DNA of 30,548 nucleotides from a virus (lineage: Duplodnaviria > Caudoviricetes): positions 1 to 30,548 of IMG/VR virus record IMGVR_UViG_3300044670_001989; one strand, written 5' to 3'. The notes under the pieces were generated by a model. The model had not been told where the DNA came from. It did not search any database and saw nothing but the letters and a program-made list of their open reading frames with translations. Numbering within the stretch: position 1 is the first letter of the stretch; each line of letters starts with the position of its first letter. Both the position numbers and the translations under genes were made by a program. Shown here piece after piece: positions 6,915 through 15,407 of the stretch.

Positions 6915-7110
6915 CTATGAGGTTGAAGGCTCTTGGTGTGTGATCGCTGAAGAGCCGGCCGATGACGGTTGGGAGAGGATCACCTTAGACCTAGTTGACA
7001 TTGAGCTAGGAGCGCGAGTTATCAAGCGATACTCTGACCGACAAGGACGGGTTAGCTCCTCGGTGTGGGTTGCAACGGCGGAAGGGTTGAAGCCTTGGCG
7101 GGAGAGCTAG
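6847..7110 (+). CDS. Hypothetical protein overlapping terS and terL
   Basis: AAGGA SD before ATG 6847; fills the terS-terL gap. Confidence 0.5.
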   Translation: MGEMLRTTLRRQWSMLHHHERTDYEVEGSWCVIAEEPADDGWERITLDLVDIELGARVIKRYSDRQGRVSSSVWVATAEGLKPWRES

Positions 7111-8477
7111 CGCTCAATCCACTTCAACAGGATTTGATAGCGCGTATCAGGAGAGAAGATAGGGTTATTTCAGCAAGGTGTGGGTGGGGTGCTGGCAAGA
7201 CATCAGCGCTTGTCTTCTCCATCCTCTTTATCTCCAAGTGGAGGCCGGGTACATCAACTCTATTGGTCACGGACACAAACCCGCGTTACAACAGCGTGCT
7301 AATGCCTGAGATGGAGAAGTGGTTAGGCCCTTTGGGCTGGGTATATAACCACTCATTGAGACAATGGCTTGACCCGGCAACCGGCTCAACTGTTTGGTGT
7401 CGGTCTTATTTCAGACCAGGAACCAGAGACGCCACACACAATCCTCTAGAGGGACTGAATATCACATCAGGCTGTTGTTTGATTGATGAGTGTCAAACCC
7501 TGTCTGCAGAGGTGGCCCATAAGGCGTTAGGCCGTTTGCGCTCTGGCCCATCTCCCATCCTGATTCTGGTGGGGCTGCCTGTGGCTGATGCTTGGTGGGT
7601 GCAACTCGCTGAGCAATCAGGCCTCTCACCTCTACTCTACACCTCTTATGTTAACCGCGCTCATCTGAGTGAGGAGTGGTTTGAGGCGACTGAGCTACTA
7701 CCTAAAGAAGAACGTGAGGCTATGGTCATGAATCAGCCAAGGCCTCCAAGCGGCTTGGTGTATTCAGAGTTTAGGCCTGATGAGATGGTGCTCGATGATT
7801 GGGTTTATGATCCCTCAATGAGCGGCAGGATCTCAATTGACTGGGGATTCAGAAAGCCAAGCGTGCTGGTCCTCGCTCATGATCCTCTGCTAGAAGCTGA
7901 CGTGATCTGTGCAGAGCTCAACCCTCATGAGGTAACCATAGAGCAGTTGGCCCGTCTCATCCTGAGCGTAGCTTGGCCGAGATCGCTTAGGGATCAAGCG
8001 CCGGGTGATCGAATCTGGATTGATCAAGGTTGCGCCGACAAGGCCGGCAAAGCTCGCAATGATCAAACAGGAGCCTCAGCATTTCGGGCAATGCGAGCGC
8101 CACCACCAAACGGATTGGGGATCCCGCTAAGATCGACCACTGACCCGATTAGAACAGATGTTTTGAACGGGGTTCAAAAGCTCAAGCGCGCCTTCACTCG
8201 CAAGCAGTATTTAATCACAAGAGAGGTCTGGAGCGCCGGTGAGCGAGCCACGGGAAACAGCATTAGAAAGGCGCTGCTGTCTTATGCTTGGGACTCCAAG
8301 GAACAGCCGAAGAAGGATGGAAGAGAAGACCCGCTTGACGCGCTGAGGTATGATTGCATCATGTTTCGATGGGCTGATGATCAAGCTGTTGATCAACGGC
8401 GCTATACGCGCTCCACCTCAAGGCCTAAGACCAACAGGAGAGTAAGGGCAGGGAGTGCCAAGAGAGGACGCTTTTGA
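7065..8477 (+). CDS. terL: Terminase large subunit
   Basis: LNPLQ Q-motif, GWGAGKT Walker A, LIDECQ Walker B, IDWGF and DPLDALRY nuclease motifs; real start may be TTG at 7095. Confidence 0.92.
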   Translation: MGCNGGRVEALAGELALNPLQQDLIARIRREDRVISARCGWGAGKTSALVFSILFISKWRPGTSTLLVTDTNPRYNSVLMPEMEKWLGPLGWVYNHSLRQWLDPATGSTVWCRSYFRPGTRDATHNPLEGLNITSGCCLIDECQTLSAEVAHKALGRLRSGPSPILILVGLPVADAWWVQLAEQSGLSPLLYTSYVNRAHLSEEWFEATELLPKEEREAMVMNQPRPPSGLVYSEFRPDEMVLDDWVYDPSMSGRISIDWGFRKPSVLVLAHDPLLEADVICAELNPHEVTIEQLARLILSVAWPRSLRDQAPGDRIWIDQGCADKAGKARNDQTGASAFRAMRAPPPNGLGIPLRSTTDPIRTDVLNGVQKLKRAFTRKQYLITREVWSAGERATGNSIRKALLSYAWDSKEQPKKDGREDPLDALRYDCIMFRWADDQAVDQRRYTRSTSRPKTNRRVRAGSAKRGRF

Positions 8478-9271
8478 CAGACCAGCAAATCATCTCTGAA
8501 GAGGAGCTCTATACAGAGCGGTCTTTAACCATAGTGCTCCTTGATCTTGTAAACTCAACGGGCTTTGTCTCGCGCTTCGGTGCTCAGCGTGCCGCGCGCT
8601 GGTTCCAATATCATGACCGTCTAGCGCGCTCTCTACTATACCGCTTTAAGGGACGTGAGATTGACCGCTCTGATGGTTTCCTCTTCACGTTTGATCGAGC
8701 GGTAGACGCGCTCAACTTCGCGCTCTACTATCAACAGACGGTTCCGCTGAAGGTCAAAATCAAGGCTAGAGTAGGGATCCACTACGGGCCTGTGGTGGAG
8801 GTTCGGCAGCGTGAGTTGTTGGTGTTGGCAGGAGCCAAGCCAATTGAAGTTGAGGGCATTACAAAGAACATCGCCGCCAGGGCAATGGGTCTGGCCATGC
8901 CAGATCAAGTTCTCCTGACTCGCGACGCCTTTTATCAAGTGCGTAATCGAGCAAGCTCAGAGACTCCAAAAGGAACGCGCTTTGCCCTAGTGGGGCTCTA
9001 CCGATTTCAGGGAGTGCGTGAGGCTCAGGTCATCTATGCAGTGGGCTCCACAATCGAGTCTCTGCAGCCTCCTCCATCGAGCGATAAAGCTAAGAGGCTA
9101 GGAGGGCCACGCAAGATCAGATCAAGGATGAGGCACAAAAGACTCAAGGAGTGGCTTGAGCTCATCATCATATTGCTCTCAGTGGTGGCCTTTGGATATA
9201 TCCTCTCTGTGATGTATCCCTACTTGAAATATAAGGCGCTTGAGTGGTGGAGGAGTAAGCCCGATGAATGA
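8474..9271 (+). CDS. Class III nucleotidyl (adenylate/guanylate-type) cyclase with C-terminal TM helix
   Basis: IVLLDLVNST (metal Asp 1), EIDRSDGF (metal Asp 2), ARVGIHYGPV, GITKNIAAR (NxxxR), QVLLT, GLYRFQGV; TM LELIIILLSVVAFGYILSVMY. Confidence 0.9.
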   Translation: MTDQQIISEEELYTERSLTIVLLDLVNSTGFVSRFGAQRAARWFQYHDRLARSLLYRFKGREIDRSDGFLFTFDRAVDALNFALYYQQTVPLKVKIKARVGIHYGPVVEVRQRELLVLAGAKPIEVEGITKNIAARAMGLAMPDQVLLTRDAFYQVRNRASSETPKGTRFALVGLYRFQGVREAQVIYAVGSTIESLQPPPSSDKAKRLGGPRKIRSRMRHKRLKEWLELIIILLSVVAFGYILSVMYPYLKYKALEWWRSKPDE

Positions 9272-9707
9272 CGAAGACAAAAAGACTAAACGCGGCTGGT
9301 GGTTCAGCGTCATCTTTCTAGTGTTGGTGATGGGGTTGATTGTGTTCTTGGCTCGCGTTGAGATCATTGAGAAAAACCGTGATGTGCTCATTGGGATCTT
9401 AGGTGTGCTGACTGGCTCCATCTCCTCCATGCTCGCAATAGCATCAGGGCGTGACCCCGCTGAGGTGGATGAATTAAAACAGGAGCTGAGCAAACAAGAG
9501 GCAGATCGAGCCGCGCTCATCGCTCGCTTGAGAGATGCTCACATCCACAGTCAACTAAAGAGTGATCAACTCATGCAGCTGCAGCTTGCAATGATTAAGG
9601 CGCTCACTCCTCTTGATGTTGAGGTGCTAACTGAGGACATGGTTCAGCTCAATGAGCATGTTGAGGAGTGGTTGCCTAATGTTGAAAAAAGTGAAGAGTC
9701 AAGTTAA
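9264..9707 (+). CDS. Two-TM membrane protein with C-terminal coiled coil
   Basis: GGAGGAG SD before ATG 9264, overlapping the cyclase stop; TMs WWFSVIFLVLVMGLIVFLA and VLIGILGVLTGSISSMLAIA; heptad-like EVDELKQELSKQEADRAALIARL. Confidence 0.8.
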   Translation: MNDEDKKTKRGWWFSVIFLVLVMGLIVFLARVEIIEKNRDVLIGILGVLTGSISSMLAIASGRDPAEVDELKQELSKQEADRAALIARLRDAHIHSQLKSDQLMQLQLAMIKALTPLDVEVLTEDMVQLNEHVEEWLPNVEKSEESS

Positions 9708-9710
9708 GAT
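9682..9710 (+). promoter_or_regulatory. Sigma70-like promoter for head operon (TTGAAA-N17-TAAGAT)
   Basis: -35 at 9682-9687, -10 at 9705-9710, AGGAG SD before portal ATG 9737. Confidence 0.55.
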
Positions 9711-9736
9711 GAGTAGAATATGATAGGAGCGATCAC

Positions 9737-11128
9737 ATGACTGAGCGCAAAACACCACGGCATCTTAGAGCCACGGCGCCAAGATTTGGAGCGCGTGGCA
9801 TCAGCGGGACACAGCTTAATGGGGGCGCTCTTTCAGTTGAAAGCAATCCTGAGCTGACCGGCCTCAATTGGGTGCAAGCTGCTGAGGAGATGCTCAGGAC
9901 TGACCCGATAGTGAGGCGCTCTTGGCATATGCTGAGGCAGACTCTACTCAGTGCTAGTTGGCGTTGGGAACCAGGCATAGAGGGTGATCTCATGGCTGAG
10001 GAACTCGCCAGATACGCCAATGAGTGTTGGGGCTTAGATGGCTACTCCGGACAAATGGAAAGCTCATGGGAGGAACAACTCTCTTATCTCTTTGAGTTTG
10101 TTCCCGTTGGTTACCGATACGCTGAAGAGATCTACAAGGTAGGGCCTGACTCAAGCGGAGAGGTCAAGGTGTGGCTCTCCCACTATGCCGACAGAGAGCC
10201 AAGCGCTCACTCTCGCTGGCTTTCTCGTGATGATCAACATCTTGATGGGGTACTTCAAAACATGGTGGGTTCAGGCAAGACGCCTGAGCCTATACCAGCA
10301 AATAAACTCATCTTGTTAACGCTCAATCGGACGGGCTCAAACTTTGAAGGCGTGGGGATGCTGAGGCCTGTGTGGTGGTGGTGGCAGACCAAGCAGAGAG
10401 TAAGCAATCTTATGTGTGTAGGGCTCGACAGGTGGGCAGCTCCAACGCCAAAGGTGGTTGTTGATCGAGCAGTAGCCGAACAGATAGGTCTAACTGATGG
10501 CGACATTGACGCTATGATTGATGACGCCGAAGCTCAGGCTCAAGCCTTCATATCAGCAGAGCAGAGTTATCTGGTGGAGAACGCGGCAATCAAGTTTGAC
10601 ACTTACGCGGCTCAGCCGTCGATGTATGCAGACGGTCCGATCAATATTATAACTAAATGCGACTCTCAAATAGCAGCGGCCTTCCTCGCTCAATTCGCTG
10701 ATCTTGGAAACACTGAAACAGGAGCACGCTCAGTGGGAGAGATCCACCTCAGCATATTCCGGCGAGCGGCAATCAACCTATGTGACTTGGTGGCCGCTCA
10801 GGTGAGTGGGGTTGACCGCCGTGGAGGTGGAACTATTGGGCGCTTGATTCGCTGGAATTACGGGGCGGTCGATCCTTCCAAGCTGCCAAGGCTAACTCAC
10901 ACAGGGCTTGACACTGATGATCTGGCTGAGTCTTTAGCGATGTTACCTAACCTAGTTCAGTCAGGCTTGATCACTCCTGATGATGAGCTTGAGCGAGTGA
11001 TTAGGGCTAAGCTTGGCGCGGGTGATCTCCCTGAAGATGCTCAACGGCCAGCGCTCTCACGTATCCCTTCAGCTGGTGGCGTCTCTGCTCTGGCCGAATC
11101 AATCAGGATGAGGAGGCGCAATGGTTAA
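9737..11128 (+). CDS. Portal protein (Mu gp29/DUF935-like)
   Basis: Size, position, motifs GYRYAEEIY, IPANKLI, NFEGVGMLRPVWWWW, GARSVGEIH, LIRWNYG. Confidence 0.85.
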   Translation: MTERKTPRHLRATAPRFGARGISGTQLNGGALSVESNPELTGLNWVQAAEEMLRTDPIVRRSWHMLRQTLLSASWRWEPGIEGDLMAEELARYANECWGLDGYSGQMESSWEEQLSYLFEFVPVGYRYAEEIYKVGPDSSGEVKVWLSHYADREPSAHSRWLSRDDQHLDGVLQNMVGSGKTPEPIPANKLILLTLNRTGSNFEGVGMLRPVWWWWQTKQRVSNLMCVGLDRWAAPTPKVVVDRAVAEQIGLTDGDIDAMIDDAEAQAQAFISAEQSYLVENAAIKFDTYAAQPSMYADGPINIITKCDSQIAAAFLAQFADLGNTETGARSVGEIHLSIFRRAAINLCDLVAAQVSGVDRRGGGTIGRLIRWNYGAVDPSKLPRLTHTGLDTDDLAESLAMLPNLVQSGLITPDDELERVIRAKLGAGDLPEDAQRPALSRIPSAGGVSALAESIRMRRRNG

Positions 11129-13085
11129 GGCGATCAAGAAGAGAACCAAAGCTCAGACGCCAGCCAAGCCCAACGAGAGAATCAAGGGCAGTAGGGCAAA
11201 CCCGAAAGGCTCAGCAAGCGGCTCAAGAGGTGGTGTTGAGTTAAGCGCCAAAGTTATCAAGGCGCTAGAGAATTTACGAGATGAGCACAATGATACCTTT
11301 GACCTAGGAGTCAGGAAGGTTAACCTAGGTCAGCTGAAGGCCGTCTATCGTCGAGGCGCCGGAGCCTTTAGCGTGTCTCATAGACCCGGCATGAGCCGGA
11401 ACGGTTGGGCCATGGCAAGAGTTAGAGCCTTTCTCAAACTGGCTGGACGTGATCAAAGAAAGAAGGCTTACACCGGTGACCTTGACCTCTTGCCTGATGG
11501 GCATCCATCCAAGCCCAAAGATCAGAAGCGCTCAGAGCTCAACGCCAAGCGCTATTCACACATTGACTTCAACCCACCAAAAGCAGCCCAAGAGGCCGGC
11601 CGGAGAGCGCTTGAGGTTCGAGAGAAGAAACCAATCTCGCAACGGGGTATGACTCCCGTTGGGATCGCTCGCGCTAGAGATTTGAGCAATGGTAAAGAGC
11701 TCTCCCCTGAGACCGTCAAGCGTATGCTGAATTACTTCACCCGTCATGAGGTCGATAAACAAGGATCGACTTGGGATGATCAAGGGAAGGGTTGGCAGGC
11801 TTGGCAGGGTTGGGGGGGAGATGCCGGCTACGCTTGGGCGAGAAAGATAGTTAAGCAGATGAATGCCGCAGACAAAAAAGCGCAAGCGCTGAGAGCATAC
11901 TCAGAGACCTCCAACAGCCGGGCCACGTATGACTTGCCCGAAGGCCTCACAATAGGACGCCCATTTAAAACTTTGAGCTTGGGTCAAGTCAGTTCGAGAA
12001 TGAGCGGTGAGAACGTTGGTAAAGAGATCACAGCTGAGATGCTCAGCGAGATGCTCAGAGTCTTCAGGGCTCGAAGAGAACAAGACCCCGTTGTGATCGA
12101 TTGGCAGCACGCCACATCACCTTTTCAAGACGGGCCGCCAGCTCCTCCTGAAAGCGGCAACGCGCTAGGTCTCATTGCTGATCTGGAGCTCAGAGAAGAC
12201 GGCCTTTATGCAATCCCTGCTTATAACGAGAGAGGACTCTCAGTTGTCACCTCAGCCGGTGGCGTGCTGTGGAGCTCTCCCGAATTTTTGGCAGGTGACG
12301 TTTATGACCGGTCAGGAGGCTCGCGGATTGGAGGCGCTCAGCTTCTCGCCGTCACACTCACACCAAGGCCGGCCCAATCCCATAACACCATTGACCGCGT
12401 TACGCTCAACGAAAGGCTAAGCGACATGGACAACCTAGAGACAATGGATCTCGATGACCTCAAGCAGCTTCTCATTGCTAAAGATGAGATGGTCAAACAG
12501 CTTGAGGCTCAGATCAAAGATATGAAGAGTGATGAGCAGTCAAAGCTTTCATCAGGTGAAAGCCTAGAAGAGAAAAGCAATGATGACTCAGATAAGATGG
12601 CCGAAGACAAAGAAGACAAAGAAGAAGAGAAGATGATGGAGCGCAAGGAGTACAACAAGATGAGTGAATCTCTCTCTCCTGCTCTGCTCTCTGAGATTAA
12701 CTCTTTACGTGAGCGTAATGCAGACATGGCCAAGCGCCTTGAGATCATCGAGACAGAGAAGCGCGACATGGAGCGAGACACAGCCGTCAGCGCCTTGTTG
12801 CGCGAGGGCAAGATTGATCCTTCTCAGAAGACCGTTGCTGGCAAGGCTTGGGAACTGAAAGAAGTTCAGCCTGAGTTCTGGCAGATGTTCAGCGAGCGGC
12901 CCGCCGGTCAAGCTGTGCCTCTTCAAGAGGTTGGTCATGGCGCCAGCGGTCGAGAGATCACACGTCAAACACTCGACCAAGAAATCAAAAAGCTCGCTGC
13001 TGAGAAGTCAATCTCGTACTCAGAAGCGCTCACCACAATCAGGGCTCAACGGCCCGACTTTTACGTCAAAGCATTTGGAGGCTGA
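11121..13085 (+). CDS. Prohead protease/scaffold (Mu gpI-like) with two N-terminal accessory domains
   Basis: PVVIDWQH, ALGLIADLELREDGLYA, WSSPEF, LLAVTLTPRPA protease motifs; acidic coiled-coil scaffold ending ISYSEAL. Confidence 0.8.
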   Translation: MVKAIKKRTKAQTPAKPNERIKGSRANPKGSASGSRGGVELSAKVIKALENLRDEHNDTFDLGVRKVNLGQLKAVYRRGAGAFSVSHRPGMSRNGWAMARVRAFLKLAGRDQRKKAYTGDLDLLPDGHPSKPKDQKRSELNAKRYSHIDFNPPKAAQEAGRRALEVREKKPISQRGMTPVGIARARDLSNGKELSPETVKRMLNYFTRHEVDKQGSTWDDQGKGWQAWQGWGGDAGYAWARKIVKQMNAADKKAQALRAYSETSNSRATYDLPEGLTIGRPFKTLSLGQVSSRMSGENVGKEITAEMLSEMLRVFRARREQDPVVIDWQHATSPFQDGPPAPPESGNALGLIADLELREDGLYAIPAYNERGLSVVTSAGGVLWSSPEFLAGDVYDRSGGSRIGGAQLLAVTLTPRPAQSHNTIDRVTLNERLSDMDNLETMDLDDLKQLLIAKDEMVKQLEAQIKDMKSDEQSKLSSGESLEEKSNDDSDKMAEDKEDKEEEKMMERKEYNKMSESLSPALLSEINSLRERNADMAKRLEIIETEKRDMERDTAVSALLREGKIDPSQKTVAGKAWELKEVQPEFWQMFSERPAGQAVPLQEVGHGASGREITRQTLDQEIKKLAAEKSISYSEALTTIRAQRPDFYVKAFGG

Positions 13086-13087
13086 TC

Positions 13088-13480
13088 ATGGCGAACACAG
13101 ACAACATCTTGAGCTTTATCTCAGCCGAGGCGATCACTGAATATGCGATAGTCTCACTCAACACTGATGGCAAAGTAGTAATTACTGATGCCGCGACTGA
13201 TGACAATGTCATTGGCGTTGCTCAACGTGCTTGCACTTCAGGCGATCCTGTAGAGGTGCTAGTGCATGGCCTCACTCGTGTGATTGCTGGCGAGTCCATC
13301 ACATTCAACTCAACCCCAATCTTGGCGGCCTCCACTGATGGCAAGGTGCAGCCGTGTGAGTCAGGTGATACAACGTTCTGGCCTATCGCTAGAGTCATCC
13401 CAAACATCAACCAGACGAGTGCATCTGCTGGCGATCAAATCCGCGTGCTCTTCGTTGGCCCTACTTCACTTAATACCTAA
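13088..13480 (+). CDS. Capsid decoration/cement protein (DUF2190-like)
   Basis: AEAITEYAIV, VIGVAQ...GDPVEVLVHG..RVIAG, AGDQIRV; between protease and MCP. Confidence 0.75.
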   Translation: MANTDNILSFISAEAITEYAIVSLNTDGKVVITDAATDDNVIGVAQRACTSGDPVEVLVHGLTRVIAGESITFNSTPILAASTDGKVQPCESGDTTFWPIARVIPNINQTSASAGDQIRVLFVGPTSLNT

Positions 13481-13490
13481 GAGGTGATTC

Positions 13491-14483
13491 ATGGCTAGTT
13501 CATATTCTAACCTACATCCAGTTGATCAGATCCTAACCAGTCTAGTTGTTGAGGCTGTGCCTAGTGATGATCAGCTCATTGCTGACAAGATCCTAGAGAA
13601 CATCACTGTCCCTGAGCGCTCAGGTACATTGCTCCTTGAAGAGACCCGTAACTTTATGGGCGCCGGTGCAGGACTCGACCTCGAACGCGCGCCGGGTGCA
13701 TCCCGCGCCGTGATTGGTGGCTTCGACCGCTCAAGCCAAACCTTCAAGGCGCGGATCTATGCGGCTTCGGATTCAATCGCAATGGAGGACATTCTAGACT
13801 CTCAGTATCCCGGAAGCGAGGAACAGCGCATTGCTCGAAAGGTGGCGCGAGTTATGAAGCTCGCTAAAGAGAAGCGCTTTGCTGATGTGCTCTTTGACGC
13901 CTCAGCATTTGCGACCAGCTCGCCAGCAACCAAGTTTGACGCGGCTGGTGGTGAGCCACTCACCTTCCTTCATGAGCTTAAGGACACAGTCTTTGCGGCT
14001 GCTCATGGGATCAACCCTGACTCAATGATTCTCGGCCGTGACGTGTTCAGAGCTCTAGCGCGAAATCCTGAGATCAGAGGATACGTTGGCTCAACATCAA
14101 CCGGCTTGGCGGCTGGTAGCCGAATCCTCAACGATGAGGCAGTGATCAGCGTTCTTCGTGATGTGCTTGGCATCCCGAATATCCACGTTGGACAAGCACG
14201 CCGTGATACTGCTGTTCCTGGTGCAACCTCATCTGAGTCTTATATCTGGGAAGGTGAAACCATCTTCATGGGCATCCTCAGAGGCGCTGATGCAATTGTG
14301 CAGAAGAGCGGAAACGTCAAGGGAATGCCTGTTGCGGCTCTCAACTTTGAGTTTGGCTCAATGGTGGCCGGTCAATATGATAGCCTCGATAAGACGCGCC
14401 GTTATGTCTACGCTGAGGAGGTGCATCAGGTGAAGGCGATTGACTCGACCCTAGGTCACGTTGTTACCAACTGCTTGGCCTGA
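13491..14483 (+). CDS. Major capsid protein (HK97 fold)
   Basis: 330 aa, GAGGTG SD, DQILTSL N-terminus, NPDSMILGRDVFRALARNPEI motif, position. Confidence 0.85.
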   Translation: MASSYSNLHPVDQILTSLVVEAVPSDDQLIADKILENITVPERSGTLLLEETRNFMGAGAGLDLERAPGASRAVIGGFDRSSQTFKARIYAASDSIAMEDILDSQYPGSEEQRIARKVARVMKLAKEKRFADVLFDASAFATSSPATKFDAAGGEPLTFLHELKDTVFAAAHGINPDSMILGRDVFRALARNPEIRGYVGSTSTGLAAGSRILNDEAVISVLRDVLGIPNIHVGQARRDTAVPGATSSESYIWEGETIFMGILRGADAIVQKSGNVKGMPVAALNFEFGSMVAGQYDSLDKTRRYVYAEEVHQVKAIDSTLGHVVTNCLA

Positions 14484-15407
14484 TTGATGTTGATGCCTAG
14501 TGAGTGTGGCTGTGGAACTGCACGCCCAATGTTGTTTTCAGAGGATGCTGACAAGAAGGCCATCGATGATCTTAACCGACAGGTCAAAAGCCAGCGCCCA
14601 CCACTCAGCCAACTCACTAGAGCCAAGCGGGATCAGCTTATAGCTGAGGTGTCCGCTGAGCGTTCATTTGAACGCGCTCTTGGGTCAGCTAGACAAGAGC
14701 TCTCTGATTTATTAGAGCTGGCTTTGTCGAGCAATGACCCCAGCCTCTTGCTCTCACTCGATGATCAACAGCTGTCGGACTTCATCCTTCAAGGAGGGAT
14801 GGGGCTTGCTGTTGAAGACTTCGTTGGGAGTCAAGAGAGAATTAGAGAGGCAGCTCTAAAAGGGTTGCAACTCGTGAACCCTGACTTAACAGCTGATGGA
14901 CTCCCTGAGCTTGACAGCATTCAAGCCCAACTAGTCAGCCAAGTCTTTGATGATGTGATTCTGCCTGACACCAAAAAGGCCATCAGAGGAGCGCTCACAT
15001 CTATTGCTTTGGATGTTCCTGATGAGATCATCATGAGTGACCTGAACCGGAGATTAAAGGCGAGCTCAGGCCGCCAGCTCACAGAGGTTAAGACGGCTAT
15101 TTCTCAATATGGCCGGTCGATTACAGCGGCCGCCGCAGCTGCAGCAGAGCTTGATCATTATCTTTACACAGGGCCGCTTGACGGAATCACGCGGCCCTTC
15201 TGTCAGGTGCTTGTAAATAAGGTGGTCACTAGCTCACAAATGAGAGCACTGAGAAACGGCCAAGGCTTACCGGTCATAACTAGCGGTGGGGGTTATAACT
15301 GCCGCCACAGCTGGAGCCCGGTAACAGATTCATTTGTTGAAGCGGCTGACCTTGAAAGGGCAACGGCCTCTGACATCAGACGCGCCAATGCTCGCGGGAG
15401 ATCATGA
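14484..15407 (+). CDS. Head morphogenesis/minor capsid protein (SPP1 gp7/Mu F-like)
   Basis: YLYTGPLDGITRPFC...GGGYNCRHSW; start uncertain. Confidence 0.8.
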   Translation: MMLMPSECGCGTARPMLFSEDADKKAIDDLNRQVKSQRPPLSQLTRAKRDQLIAEVSAERSFERALGSARQELSDLLELALSSNDPSLLLSLDDQQLSDFILQGGMGLAVEDFVGSQERIREAALKGLQLVNPDLTADGLPELDSIQAQLVSQVFDDVILPDTKKAIRGALTSIALDVPDEIIMSDLNRRLKASSGRQLTEVKTAISQYGRSITAAAAAAAELDHYLYTGPLDGITRPFCQVLVNKVVTSSQMRALRNGQGLPVITSGGGYNCRHSWSPVTDSFVEAADLERATASDIRRANARGRS

